A stretch of DNA of 54,421 nucleotides from an uncultured Candidatus Cloacimonadota bacterium (GTDB lineage: Bacteria > Cloacimonadota > Cloacimonadia > Cloacimonadales > TCS61): positions 1-54,421 of the forward strand of contig CAZOCS010000003.1 in NCBI GenBank assembly GCA_964578365.1. Reading direction: 5' to 3'. The translations under genes and the position numbers were made by a program. Below, piece by piece: positions 37,367 to 46,730 of this stretch; within the stretch, counting starts at the first letter, position 1, and every line of letters starts with the position of its first letter. Below the pieces are notes generated by a model. That model was not told the origin of the DNA. It made no database searches and worked only from the letters and a program-made list of their open reading frames with translations.

Positions 37367-37472
37367 TTGCAGAACGTATCATTTTGATGCGTCCGAAATG
37401 TCTTAGCTCAATCTACAAGGATGAACCTGCTTTTTGCTCCCTCTCCTCGCAGGAGAGGGTTGGGGTGAGGTC
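37367..37472. repeat. Cluster of REP-like palindromic elements
   Basis: ACGTATC-atttt-GATGCGT hairpin (about 37374-37392) and CCCTCTCCT-cgc-AGGAGAGGG-TTGGGGTGAGG (37439-37470). Confidence 0.6.
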
Positions 37473-37474
37473 TT

Positions 37475-38914
37475 TCACGCTTTTACGTTACACACAATAT
37501 TCTTAAATCTTGCAGGAGATACTCCATGAGAGAGATGCATCGCCTGTCCGGGTTCACCTTTTCCGCAATGGAATGTGCCCTGGAAATCCCACTCTTCCTC
37601 ACCACAAATGCCATTGCAGGCTGCCCAGAATTCAGGAGTAATTCCAAAATATGTTGGTTCCTTAACAATGTGTTTTAGTTCTCCATTTTCTATTTTCCAG
37701 CCGATCTCAGTGGTAAATTGGAAATTATTTCGATTATCATCGATACTCCAGGTTTTAGTGAAATCTATATAATATCCATTTTCGGTTGATCTTATCAGGT
37801 CATCCAGACTTCCTTTTCCCGGTGCAAGGCAGAAATTTGTCATGCGGATCAGTGGAATATCATCGGCATAGGAAGCCAGCATGTTGGAACTTGGCTGAAC
37901 ACCAAGTAGTGCAGCATTTTCCTGAGATGTCTGCTGATCTACCAAAATACCATTTTTTACGATGTCAACAGTTGCTCCTGGTGTTCCTTCATCATCCACA
38001 ATATGATAACCCATTCCACCTTTGTTTGTACTATCACTGTAAATATTCACCAGATCAGAACCATACCTGAAATTCCCCAGCATTTTTGGTTTTATGAATG
38101 TTTTACCGGCATAGGATATTTCTTTACCGAATATTCTATCTGCTTCGGTAGCGTGCCCGGCAGATTCATGTAATTGCAATGCAAGATGCCCACTTCCAAT
38201 AATTATATCAGCACGCTCTTCTTCTATTCGCGGAGCATCCAAAAGCTTGATCGCCTCCTCAATAATAGTATTAGTATTTTCTTCTAATTTAAACTTTCTC
38301 ACCTCTTCAAATCCACCGCGTCTAGCATTCATATGTCCCGGATATGTGCGGCACATCGATTCCTTTCCATTTGAGGCGAGAACATACATCATCGGCATTG
38401 TGTCATAAACCAGTGAATCTACAAATGTTCCTTCCGTATTGGCAAATATCTTGTATTGCCGGTAGAATTCTGTATAGACATTTGAATATACTATCTTCTC
38501 ATTCCCAGTTAGTTTCTGTGCAACTTTTTCGTGAAAATCTATTTTGTATTTGTCATCCATTAAAAATGGGTCTTCTTTTGGTTGGAACAGATAGCTGTCT
38601 TGAACTGGATTTAATTTCTTAAACGATGCCGGTTCTTTTCGGAATTTGCTGCCAACTCTGGCATTAGAAATTGCTCGCTTTATCGTCTTATCAATTGAAG
38701 TTTGGGTAAGAATGGTAGTACCGGCAAAACCCCAGCATCCATCAGCCAGAACCCTAATTCCCAGGGCTAGCGAATCCATATCTGAGCCAAAATACTTCAG
38801 CTTACCTTTTTCAAAATATATTTGCTGTTTATCGGTATCGGTAAAACGAACATCAGCATAAGTTATATTCTGTGCATTTAATTTATTGATTATGTCGTAG
38901 ACTAATTTCTTCAT
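37475..38914 (-). CDS. tldD: TldD family metalloprotease (catalytic subunit)
   Basis: YADVR, G.GIRVL..G.WGFA, HESAGH (HExxxH), DDEG, RMTN and CGKGEP motifs. Confidence 0.9.
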   Translation of the reverse strand: MKKLVYDIINKLNAQNITYADVRFTDTDKQQIYFEKGKLKYFGSDMDSLALGIRVLADGCWGFAGTTILTQTSIDKTIKRAISNARVGSKFRKEPASFKKLNPVQDSYLFQPKEDPFLMDDKYKIDFHEKVAQKLTGNEKIVYSNVYTEFYRQYKIFANTEGTFVDSLVYDTMPMMYVLASNGKESMCRTYPGHMNARRGGFEEVRKFKLEENTNTIIEEAIKLLDAPRIEEERADIIIGSGHLALQLHESAGHATEADRIFGKEISYAGKTFIKPKMLGNFRYGSDLVNIYSDSTNKGGMGYHIVDDEGTPGATVDIVKNGILVDQQTSQENAALLGVQPSSNMLASYADDIPLIRMTNFCLAPGKGSLDDLIRSTENGYYIDFTKTWSIDDNRNNFQFTTEIGWKIENGELKHIVKEPTYFGITPEFWAACNGICGEEEWDFQGTFHCGKGEPGQAMHLSHGVSPARFKNIVCNVKA

Positions 38915-38923
38915 GTTATTCTC

Positions 38924-40249
38924 CTAAACCGTTTTCGTTGATGAACTAATTTTGAATCCATTAACTTTCACATGCGGCATTCTGGCACTGTAGATTCCAA
39001 ATTCACCATAATTATTAGAATAGGGGATCGTATAAGATCTATTTTCTATCTCCGTAATGCCTTTTATAATGTCAGAAATATTTTCGGTAAAACGCAGGTT
39101 ATTCACAACCTTTGTGATCTTTCCATCTTCTATCAGGAATGTTCCATCCCGAGTTAGGCCTGTAATAGAAGTTTCGCGTCTGTTGATAAAATTCATATAG
39201 TGCAAACTGGAAATATATAGTCCTTTTTTTACAGAACCTATCATTTCACCAAGCTCTTTATCACCTGTATCCATCACCAGAGCTTCACCTGATGCACCAT
39301 TCTTATCCATTTTCAGTTTGTGACCATAATAGTTATCAACAAAGAAATTTTTGAAAACACCATTTTCGATAACAGAAAGCTTATTATAAATATGTCCATC
39401 TCCGTTATAATCAAAATTTATTAAGTCAGGATGATTCGGGTCGTCGGTAATCGTAACATTTTCCGGGAAAACTTTCTGGTCAATTTTACCTTCGAAATAG
39501 CTTTGTTTAGAATCCAAACTTCGGGCATAAATACTACTTTCCAAATACAATAGATAGTCTCCAATGCAACGTGGAGCAAGCACTACTTCATATTCACCTG
39601 ACTCAACATCAACAACTTCACCTGTTGCAGCTTTCACTTTTTCCACTAGATTAGAAGTAAACTCATCTTCATTGAAGTTCTCAAATCTCTCTCCACCGTA
39701 AGCTTCTAGAACCGTAACTTCATTCTTCTGATTCACAGCTTTACATTCTAAATAGATAGGAGAGCTGATCTCACGTTTATTGAGTCCGTTGCTGTTAACA
39801 ATGTAAAGTGTTCTATAATTACAGATAAATGTACCATAGATCTTAAAATTGTATGGTTCTACAGCTGTTGAAAATTTCTCCAAAATATCAATTTTCTTAT
39901 CAAGAGAAACTTTCTCAATATTGTTGGCTTTTTCTTTCTCGGCAGATCTGCTCAGATCATCTTCCAGATCTACAAAATCCGGATCTTCGGGTAATTGATC
40001 AATTAATGTTAAAACATCATCGATCTTGTCCTGAAGTATCTCTTTAGTTGGGTCTTTTAATGAAAAGCTATAAGACTTCTTTCCTTTATAGATAGTTGTA
40101 GAAAGCGATATCGATGTTTTAGAGATGTTATAATTGATCTGACTCTGATAGAACCTTAAGAAATCAGTTTCCCAGATCTTATAATGAAAATTAAGTTTTA
40201 ACTGGGGATATTTCTCGCAGATCTTAATTAATTCTTTCTGAAATTGCAT
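38924..40249 (-). CDS. pmbA: TldE/PmbA family protein
   Basis: Adjacent to tldD; T.FLRF, GEY.VVL.P, ITDDP, TGLTRDG.F.IE.G and N.RF motifs; no HExxH. Confidence 0.82.
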   Translation of the reverse strand: MQFQKELIKICEKYPQLKLNFHYKIWETDFLRFYQSQINYNISKTSISLSTTIYKGKKSYSFSLKDPTKEILQDKIDDVLTLIDQLPEDPDFVDLEDDLSRSAEKEKANNIEKVSLDKKIDILEKFSTAVEPYNFKIYGTFICNYRTLYIVNSNGLNKREISSPIYLECKAVNQKNEVTVLEAYGGERFENFNEDEFTSNLVEKVKAATGEVVDVESGEYEVVLAPRCIGDYLLYLESSIYARSLDSKQSYFEGKIDQKVFPENVTITDDPNHPDLINFDYNGDGHIYNKLSVIENGVFKNFFVDNYYGHKLKMDKNGASGEALVMDTGDKELGEMIGSVKKGLYISSLHYMNFINRRETSITGLTRDGTFLIEDGKITKVVNNLRFTENISDIIKGITEIENRSYTIPYSNNYGEFGIYSARMPHVKVNGFKISSSTKTV

Positions 40250-40433
40250 TCTTCCTCCTGTTTATTATTTAATATGACAACTGGAAATAGATAATAATTT
40301 TTGTAAATGAAAAGATATTGTTAGCATATTTTTGTTTGACTTATTATTATATCTATTTAGTTTATCTACAGTCAACTTAGTAAAATTAAAAACACATAGT
40401 TTGATTGATTTTTCAAATGGATTGGAGGTTGTG

Positions 40434-41483
40434 ATGAAAAAAATTTTTACTTTTTTTATTATACTTTTTATAGGATTGTTATTTGCAAACCCTATAATGG
40501 AAGGACCATACATTAATGAAATTTACTTTGATGAGTCAGGTTGGACTATAGAATTATTTAGCATGATGATGGATGGCAATCTAGATAATTGCAAGCTCTC
40601 ATCTAATGCTGGTGATGCCTATTTTCTCCCTGGGATTTTATTTCCACCGGAGATAATTATTATAGTTACTCAAGATGATCTGCAAACTACGCTTTCTATT
40701 GATGAACAAGGTGATCATATAACTTCTTATTATGATGAATATGAGGTTTCCTGGTGCACCTTTGGAAGTTTACAGACAATGGTATTGGCCCCAACTGATG
40801 GACAATCGTTAATTCCTGTTTCATTTTCTTCAACTGGAGGAATGACAACCGATGTGTCATTTTGTAAAGATAATACTCCTACCCTGGGCAGTATAAACAA
40901 TAATGGCGGAATTCAAGGTGTATTTTCTGGTTATGTTTTTGATTCATTAATGAATCCTGTTCCTAATGTCCAGATTGAGCATTTCCCATATAATTATAAT
41001 AACCCTGATGTTTTAACAGATGAAAATGGATATTTTGAAAAAGAAATGTATGCAATGAATTTTAATTGTGATATCCATCTCGGTGCTCTTGCATCAATGG
41101 ACACAATAATTTCAATTGAACCAGATAGTCTGAATTATTACGAATTTGTCTTTGAAAATTATGTGGGTTCTGATAACCACGAAATCTCACTTCCCTCATC
41201 ATATTACAATCTTTCCAACTATCCTAATCCATTTAATCCAAGTACCAGGATCAGTTTTGAATCTACAAATTTACACGAAGAATCACGAATTGAAATATAT
41301 AATTCTCGTGGGCAAAAGATAAAATCATTACAAATTCTTAATTCCTCATCCCAGAATCATGATCAGATCACTTGGAACGGCACTAACGAAAACAATAAAC
41401 AAGTTCCTTCCGGTGTTTATCTTTACAAACTTGTTTCCAATGGAAAAGAACTTGCAGTAAATAAAATGCTGCTGTTGAAATAA
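40434..41483 (+). CDS. Secreted protein with CarboxypepD_reg-like Ig domain and FlgD/T9SS-like CTD
   Basis: Signal peptide MKKIFTFFIILFIGLLFA; G.V.D....PV...TD.NGYF; NYPNPFNP...WNG..E....V.SGVY.Y...KMLLLK; GGAGG RBS. Confidence 0.82.
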   Translation: MKKIFTFFIILFIGLLFANPIMEGPYINEIYFDESGWTIELFSMMMDGNLDNCKLSSNAGDAYFLPGILFPPEIIIIVTQDDLQTTLSIDEQGDHITSYYDEYEVSWCTFGSLQTMVLAPTDGQSLIPVSFSSTGGMTTDVSFCKDNTPTLGSINNNGGIQGVFSGYVFDSLMNPVPNVQIEHFPYNYNNPDVLTDENGYFEKEMYAMNFNCDIHLGALASMDTIISIEPDSLNYYEFVFENYVGSDNHEISLPSSYYNLSNYPNPFNPSTRISFESTNLHEESRIEIYNSRGQKIKSLQILNSSSQNHDQITWNGTNENNKQVPSGVYLYKLVSNGKELAVNKMLLLK

Positions 41484-42077
41484 TTGAAAAACGTAATCAT
41501 ATTTTTCTTATTCTTTTCTTTTCAATTGATCCAAGCTCAAGACCTGCAGTTTTATCAAGAGGACCTTGACTTCAAAATTGAAAAGAATTACTTTTATGTG
41601 GATGGATTGTATTATTTTAGAAATAATAGCAATAAAGAAATCAATCGACGTCTTTTTTATCCCTTCCCCCACGGCGAAACTTATGGAAAAGTTGATTCAA
41701 TATTTGTAATAAATGTTCAAGATTCTTTAAAAGATACAAATCTGAAGAACAATCTTAAGGGCTCATCATTCACTATTCATGTTGATCCCGATACTACCGC
41801 AATTTACCGGATATGCTATAAACAGAAGTTGAATGGAACTAAAGCAAAATACATTCTTACAACAACCAAAACTTGGGGATTCCCTTTTGAAGAGGTGAAT
41901 TACACTCTTGAATTCCCCAAAGAACTTTCTCTTGACTCAATTTCCTATATTCCAGACAGTTTGCGAGAAGAAAGTGATAGATATATCTTTTATTGGCATA
42001 AAGTAAATTTTATGCCAGATAAGAATTTTGAGATTAATTATAAGAAACAGGAGGGAACTTTAAATGGAAGAGAATAA
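41484..42077 (+). CDS. Secreted hypothetical protein (DUF4424-like)
   Basis: Signal peptide; F..E.L.F, Y.F.N, YPFP, YILTT...W and F.P motifs. Confidence 0.6.
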   Translation: MKNVIIFFLFFSFQLIQAQDLQFYQEDLDFKIEKNYFYVDGLYYFRNNSNKEINRRLFYPFPHGETYGKVDSIFVINVQDSLKDTNLKNNLKGSSFTIHVDPDTTAIYRICYKQKLNGTKAKYILTTTKTWGFPFEEVNYTLEFPKELSLDSISYIPDSLREESDRYIFYWHKVNFMPDKNFEINYKKQEGTLNGRE

Positions 42078-42432
42078 TGAAATATTTGAAGTTAAGTTAA
42101 AAGGGAAAAGAGAGTTGGAGAAATTAGAAAAAATTGGCTGGGGACTATTCCTCATCATGCTTGGCGCTATATGGCTTTTCCCGGATTCAATTTTACCGGA
42201 AGGCACATTTATGTTCGGTGTTGGTGTTATCCTGTTGGGATTGAATTTTGTAAAATACTCTAAAGGATTTCGAGTGAATGGATTCACTGTCTTCCTGGGA
42301 ATAGTAGCGTTATTGGCCGGTTTATCAAGCCTTTTAGGACGCCCGGTTGATATCTTCCCACTCATTCTTATTCTTTGGGGAGTTAGCATCATCTTTGGAT
42401 TTGGCAGAAAGAAAAGAAAAAAAGATCTGTAG
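42064..42432 (+). CDS. Hypothetical membrane protein
   Basis: IGWGLFLI.LG, G.G.ILLGLN and P.ILI..G motifs; 4 TM; GGAGG RBS. Confidence 0.7.
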   Translation: MEENNEIFEVKLKGKRELEKLEKIGWGLFLIMLGAIWLFPDSILPEGTFMFGVGVILLGLNFVKYSKGFRVNGFTVFLGIVALLAGLSSLLGRPVDIFPLILILWGVSIIFGFGRKKRKKDL

Positions 42433-42440
42433 GATTTCTT

Positions 42441-42992
42441 ATGAACAAAAAAGTACTGGTTCCCATTTCTGATGGGATCGAAGAGTTGGAAGCTATTGGA
42501 ATAATTGATACTCTGAGGCGTGCAAATGCGAATGTTACTGTTGCATCTGTAGATGGATTACAAATAACCGCCTCCTGCGGAACAAAAATTGTAGCTGATA
42601 CGCTTATAGAAAATTGTTATAATGAGCAATACGATCTGATCGCATTACCTGGCGGACTTCCAGGTGCAGAACATCTTCGTGATTCACAAGTTCTCACATC
42701 CCTCCTTAAAAAACAAGCTAAGAAAGGAAGATACTATGCAGCTATCTGTGCATCCCCAACTGTCGTGCTACAATTTCATGGATTATTAGAGGGGAAAAAA
42801 GCAACTGTTAATCCTGGTCTGGCAGATGATCTCATAATCAAAGACAAAATAGATGAACGTGTGGTTGTAGATGGAAACTGCATTACAAGCAGAGCCAGGG
42901 GAACAGTTTTAGAATTTGCTATCCAACTTATCGAATTACTATATGATAAGAGCAAAGCAGAAGAGATAAAAACTGACATGCTTTCCCAATAG
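42441..42992 (+). CDS. DJ-1/YajL/ThiJ family protein
   Basis: G.EE.EA...D.LRRA, LPGG.PG, AAICA.P (catalytic Cys) and VV.DGN.ITS motifs. Confidence 0.93.
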   Translation: MNKKVLVPISDGIEELEAIGIIDTLRRANANVTVASVDGLQITASCGTKIVADTLIENCYNEQYDLIALPGGLPGAEHLRDSQVLTSLLKKQAKKGRYYAAICASPTVVLQFHGLLEGKKATVNPGLADDLIIKDKIDERVVVDGNCITSRARGTVLEFAIQLIELLYDKSKAEEIKTDMLSQ

Positions 42993-43094
42993 CACAAGAA
43001 AAGATAAAACTATTGACATTAGAATCTTAGAAAAAAATATTGCACCGCAGTATGTTAGGTAGTGTATATTAATTTAATATGAATCAGGAGATAG

Positions 43095-43310
43095 ATGATG
43101 AAAAAAGGAATTCACCCAAAATATGAGAAAGTAACCGTGACATGTTCATGCGGAAATACTTTCGAGACAAAATCAACAGATCCATCAATAAGTAAAGTTG
43201 ATATCTGTTCAAATTGTCATCCTTTCTATACAGGAAAACAAAGAACCAGAGCCAAAGAAGGCCGTATAGAAAAATTTAATCAAAGATATAACGTTAAAGA
43301 AGAAAAATAA
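43095..43310 (+). CDS. rpmE: 50S ribosomal protein L31 (Zn-binding type)
   Basis: [22 protein letters not shown] and GR.EKF..RY motifs. Confidence 0.97.
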   Translation: MMKKGIHPKYEKVTVTCSCGNTFETKSTDPSISKVDICSNCHPFYTGKQRTRAKEGRIEKFNQRYNVKEEK

Positions 43311-43325
43311 AAATCTTGTTATAGT

Positions 43326-43370
43326 CGCACCACAACAATTATTATATTAAAGTTGTGGTGCGTTTTTTTT
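43326..43370 (+). terminator. Intrinsic terminator after rpmE
   Basis: CGCACCACAAC / GTTGTGGTGCG stem followed by T8. Confidence 0.8.
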
Positions 43371-43382
43371 AAGGACATATAA

Positions 43383-44363
43383 ATGAAAAAAAAACAAATT
43401 GAAGTTGGTGGACAGGCAGTAATTGAAGGCGTAATGATGCGGGGTCCGCAGAATTTGGCAACTGCTATTCGTCGAAAAGATAAAAGTATCGAAATAAAAA
43501 AAACTAAGTTTATCAGTAAAACAAAACAGAATAAATTCTTGGGTCTTCCAATAGTTCGAGGATTTGCATCACTAATAGAAATGATGATAATTGGTTTTGG
43601 TACTTTAAATTTCTCTGCATCTCGTGCAGAACTAGACTGGGAAGAAGAGAAACCAAAAAAGAATAAAAAAGAGAAATCTAAATTCCGCACAAAATTTGAA
43701 GAAATTATTAGTTATGTTTTTGCTTTCGGTCTGGCTTTTCTATTATTTGCATTCTTACCGTATCAGATAGCCGAATGGATGAATCTGGGTAAGGGAAACA
43801 TCTACTTCAATCTTTTTGCCGGTTCTATCCGTATTATTTTCTTTGTGCTTTATGTTTGGATTATAGGTAAAATGAAAGATGTGAATCGTATCTTCGAATA
43901 TCATGGTGCTGAGCATAAATCTGTATTTGCTTATGAAGCTAATAGTGATCTGGATGCAGACAGCGTACAAAAGTTCACAACGTTCCACCCACGCTGCGGA
44001 ACCAGTTTTATCTTCTTTGTTCTACTTATCTCCATTTTGATATTCTCTATTATTGATACAATATTTACTTATTTCTTTGGTGCTCCAAATGTTATTCTTC
44101 GTTTGGGTTATCACTTATTATTCATGCCATTTATTTCTGGAATTTCTTATGAAGTGCTTAAACTTTCCGGTAAAAATATCAAACATCCACTGGTTAAGAT
44201 AATGACTGCACCAGGGCTTGCTTTGCAAAGAATCACAACTCAGCCGCCGAATAATGAACAGATAGAAGTTGCAATTATAGCTATGAAATGTGCATTGGAA
44301 ATGGATCTTTCAGAATATAAGAATATTTCATTCATTGATGAAGCATCACAAACGGAAAGTTGA
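43383..44363 (+). CDS. DUF1385 (YqhQ-like) membrane protein
   Basis: GGQAVIEGVMMR, P.VRG, FEYHGAEHK, HPRCGTSF and PGL.LQ.ITT..P motifs. Confidence 0.93.
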   Translation: MKKKQIEVGGQAVIEGVMMRGPQNLATAIRRKDKSIEIKKTKFISKTKQNKFLGLPIVRGFASLIEMMIIGFGTLNFSASRAELDWEEEKPKKNKKEKSKFRTKFEEIISYVFAFGLAFLLFAFLPYQIAEWMNLGKGNIYFNLFAGSIRIIFFVLYVWIIGKMKDVNRIFEYHGAEHKSVFAYEANSDLDADSVQKFTTFHPRCGTSFIFFVLLISILIFSIIDTIFTYFFGAPNVILRLGYHLLFMPFISGISYEVLKLSGKNIKHPLVKIMTAPGLALQRITTQPPNNEQIEVAIIAMKCALEMDLSEYKNISFIDEASQTES

Positions 44364-44369
44364 TAAATT

Positions 44370-45437
44370 ATGATTCCTGAAGAAAAGATCTTAACTCTCA
44401 AAAATGAATACGAAGAACTAAAAAAAGATATTTATGATCCTGTAAAAATGTCTGACCAACGTTATTATAGTAAAATTTCAAAAAGGTTTAAAGAACTGCA
44501 GGAGATATTAGATATTTATGAAATGTTAAAGGATCATGAAACAACCATTGCAGAAAATAAGGAACTTATCAAATCTACTGATGACAAAGAACTCATTTCA
44601 CTTGCAGAAGAAGAAACAATTGAGACTCAGGAAGATCTTGAAAAGAAAACAACAATATTGAGAGAACTTCTCGTTCCAAAAGACCCCAATGACGAAAAAG
44701 ATTCGATCATTGAGATCAGAGCCGGAACCGGAGGTGAAGAAGCAGCATTATTTGTTGCTGATCTGTATAGAATGTACACTTACTTTGCAGATAAAAATAA
44801 TTGGAAATTATCTGTCATGTCTTCCAATCCAACCGGTGTGGGCGGTTTTAAAGAAGTAATATTTTCACTTTCTGGAGATAATGTTTATGGAACAATGAGA
44901 TTCGAAAGTGGTGTTCACCGTGTGCAAAGAGTGCCTGAGACAGAATCTCAAGGAAGAGTTCATACTTCAGCAATTTCTGTAGCTGTTCTGCCGGAAGCCG
45001 ATGAAATAGATATTGAAATAAATCCAGCTGATCTAAAAATTGATGTTTACAGAGCTTCAGGGCATGGTGGACAAAGCGTAAATACAACCGACTCTGCAGT
45101 TAGGATCACTCATGAGCCAACTGGACTTGTAGTAACTTGCCAGGATGAAAAATCACAACTTAAAAACAAGAATAAAGCCTTCAAGGTTCTTCGCTCAAGA
45201 TTATATGATCTGGAACTGGCAAAACATGAAGCTGATATCTCTGCTAAAAGAAAATCTCAAGTTGGTTCGGGTGATAGAAGTGCAAAAATAAGAACTTATA
45301 ATTTCCCTCAATCTAGAGTTACGGATCATAGAATAAATTTGACATCATTCAAATTGAATGAAATTTTACTCGGTGAGTTAGATGAATTTATTGATGCTTT
45401 AAAATTGGCTTATAGGAATGAAAAAGTAGAAAATTAA
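44370..45437 (+). CDS. prfA: Peptide chain release factor 1
   Basis: EIRAGTGG.EA, ESGVHRVQRVPETE (PxT), GGQ and IRTYNFPQ.RVTDHRI motifs. Confidence 0.98.
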   Translation: MIPEEKILTLKNEYEELKKDIYDPVKMSDQRYYSKISKRFKELQEILDIYEMLKDHETTIAENKELIKSTDDKELISLAEEETIETQEDLEKKTTILRELLVPKDPNDEKDSIIEIRAGTGGEEAALFVADLYRMYTYFADKNNWKLSVMSSNPTGVGGFKEVIFSLSGDNVYGTMRFESGVHRVQRVPETESQGRVHTSAISVAVLPEADEIDIEINPADLKIDVYRASGHGGQSVNTTDSAVRITHEPTGLVVTCQDEKSQLKNKNKAFKVLRSRLYDLELAKHEADISAKRKSQVGSGDRSAKIRTYNFPQSRVTDHRINLTSFKLNEILLGELDEFIDALKLAYRNEKVEN

Positions 45438-45439
45438 TA

Positions 45440-46705
45440 ATGTGGATCATATCACTTTTAATCATAGTTATTTTTTTTATCTTATCCGGTTTTTTCTCAG
45501 GTATAGAAACGGGACTAATCTCTCTTGATAGATTAAAACTGGAGCAAGAAGCAAAAAGTAGTAAAAAAAAGAAACAGATACTCACTTTTTTGGAAAAACC
45601 TGATCAAATATTCGGAACGACCTTATTCGGTACAAACATTTCTTTAGTCATTGTATCTTCCCTTTCTATATTTCTTGTAAATATCTTAAATAAAAAATCT
45701 GCGATAATTATTTCCGAGCATACTGCAACACTCATTATTGCCGGCTTGATACTAATTTTTGCAGAGTTAATTCCAAAAGCACTTTATAGAGATTTCCCTA
45801 ATAGACTTGTAAGCAGGGGATTTCCATTACTTAAATTCTTTAGTTTCATTTTTACTCCTTTTGTTAAGTTCGTATCTATTTTTAATAATTTGCTCGCAAA
45901 ATTTTTTAAACTTCCACAACAATCTAGATACAATTTCGTTTCTAGAGAAGATCTTTCTTTTATGCTCTCTGAAGCTAAAGATGACGGTGTGCTGCATGAA
46001 GATCAAATGGAAATGCTGGAAGAAGCTTTGGAATTTTCTGAACTGGATGCTGAGAATGTGATGATACACCGCACCGATATTGTAGCATTCCCATTAGATA
46101 CATCTATTGATGAGGTTATCTCCATTGCAAAAGAAAAGGGATTTACAAGATTCCCGGTCTACGAAAATGATCTGGATAATATTAAGGGAATTTTAATTAT
46201 TTATGACCTTTTAAAACGTAAAGATCTTGAAGGGCTTACGGTATCAGATTTTATCCGTGATGCTTTCTTCGCACCTGAAACTATGGATGTGAATAAGCTT
46301 CTTACAGAAATGCAAAAAGAAAAAGTAAGCATGGCAATTATTATGGATTCTTATGGCGGAACTGCAGGTGTGATCACAATAGAGGATATTCTGGAAGAGA
46401 TCGTCGGAGAAATTGAAGATGAATATGACAGCACAACACAGGAAATAAGCAAGATATCCAGTGGATTGTACAGAGTGCAAAGTTATGCTGAGATAGATTT
46501 TCTTAACGACGAATACGATATGGATCTACCGGTAGGAGATTATGAAACTATTGCCGGAATGATAATAGATAAACTCGAAAGAATTCCCAGAAGAGACACC
46601 AAATTAATAATTGGAAATTGGAATATCACAATAATTCAGGCTACGGATAAAAGAATAATAACTGTAGAAATGAAGAAAATTAATAATCCTGAAAATCAAA
46701 ATTAA
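45440..46705 (+). CDS. CNNM/hemolysin (HlyC/CorC) family protein with CBS domains
   Basis: SGFFSG.ET, ELIPK, FTRFPVY, D.YGGT.G.IT.EDI.EEIVGEI.DEYD and YETIAG motifs. Confidence 0.93.
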   Translation: MWIISLLIIVIFFILSGFFSGIETGLISLDRLKLEQEAKSSKKKKQILTFLEKPDQIFGTTLFGTNISLVIVSSLSIFLVNILNKKSAIIISEHTATLIIAGLILIFAELIPKALYRDFPNRLVSRGFPLLKFFSFIFTPFVKFVSIFNNLLAKFFKLPQQSRYNFVSREDLSFMLSEAKDDGVLHEDQMEMLEEALEFSELDAENVMIHRTDIVAFPLDTSIDEVISIAKEKGFTRFPVYENDLDNIKGILIIYDLLKRKDLEGLTVSDFIRDAFFAPETMDVNKLLTEMQKEKVSMAIIMDSYGGTAGVITIEDILEEIVGEIEDEYDSTTQEISKISSGLYRVQSYAEIDFLNDEYDMDLPVGDYETIAGMIIDKLERIPRRDTKLIIGNWNITIIQATDKRIITVEMKKINNPENQN

Positions 46706-46730
46706 AAGATAGAATAAAATGGAGTAAATT

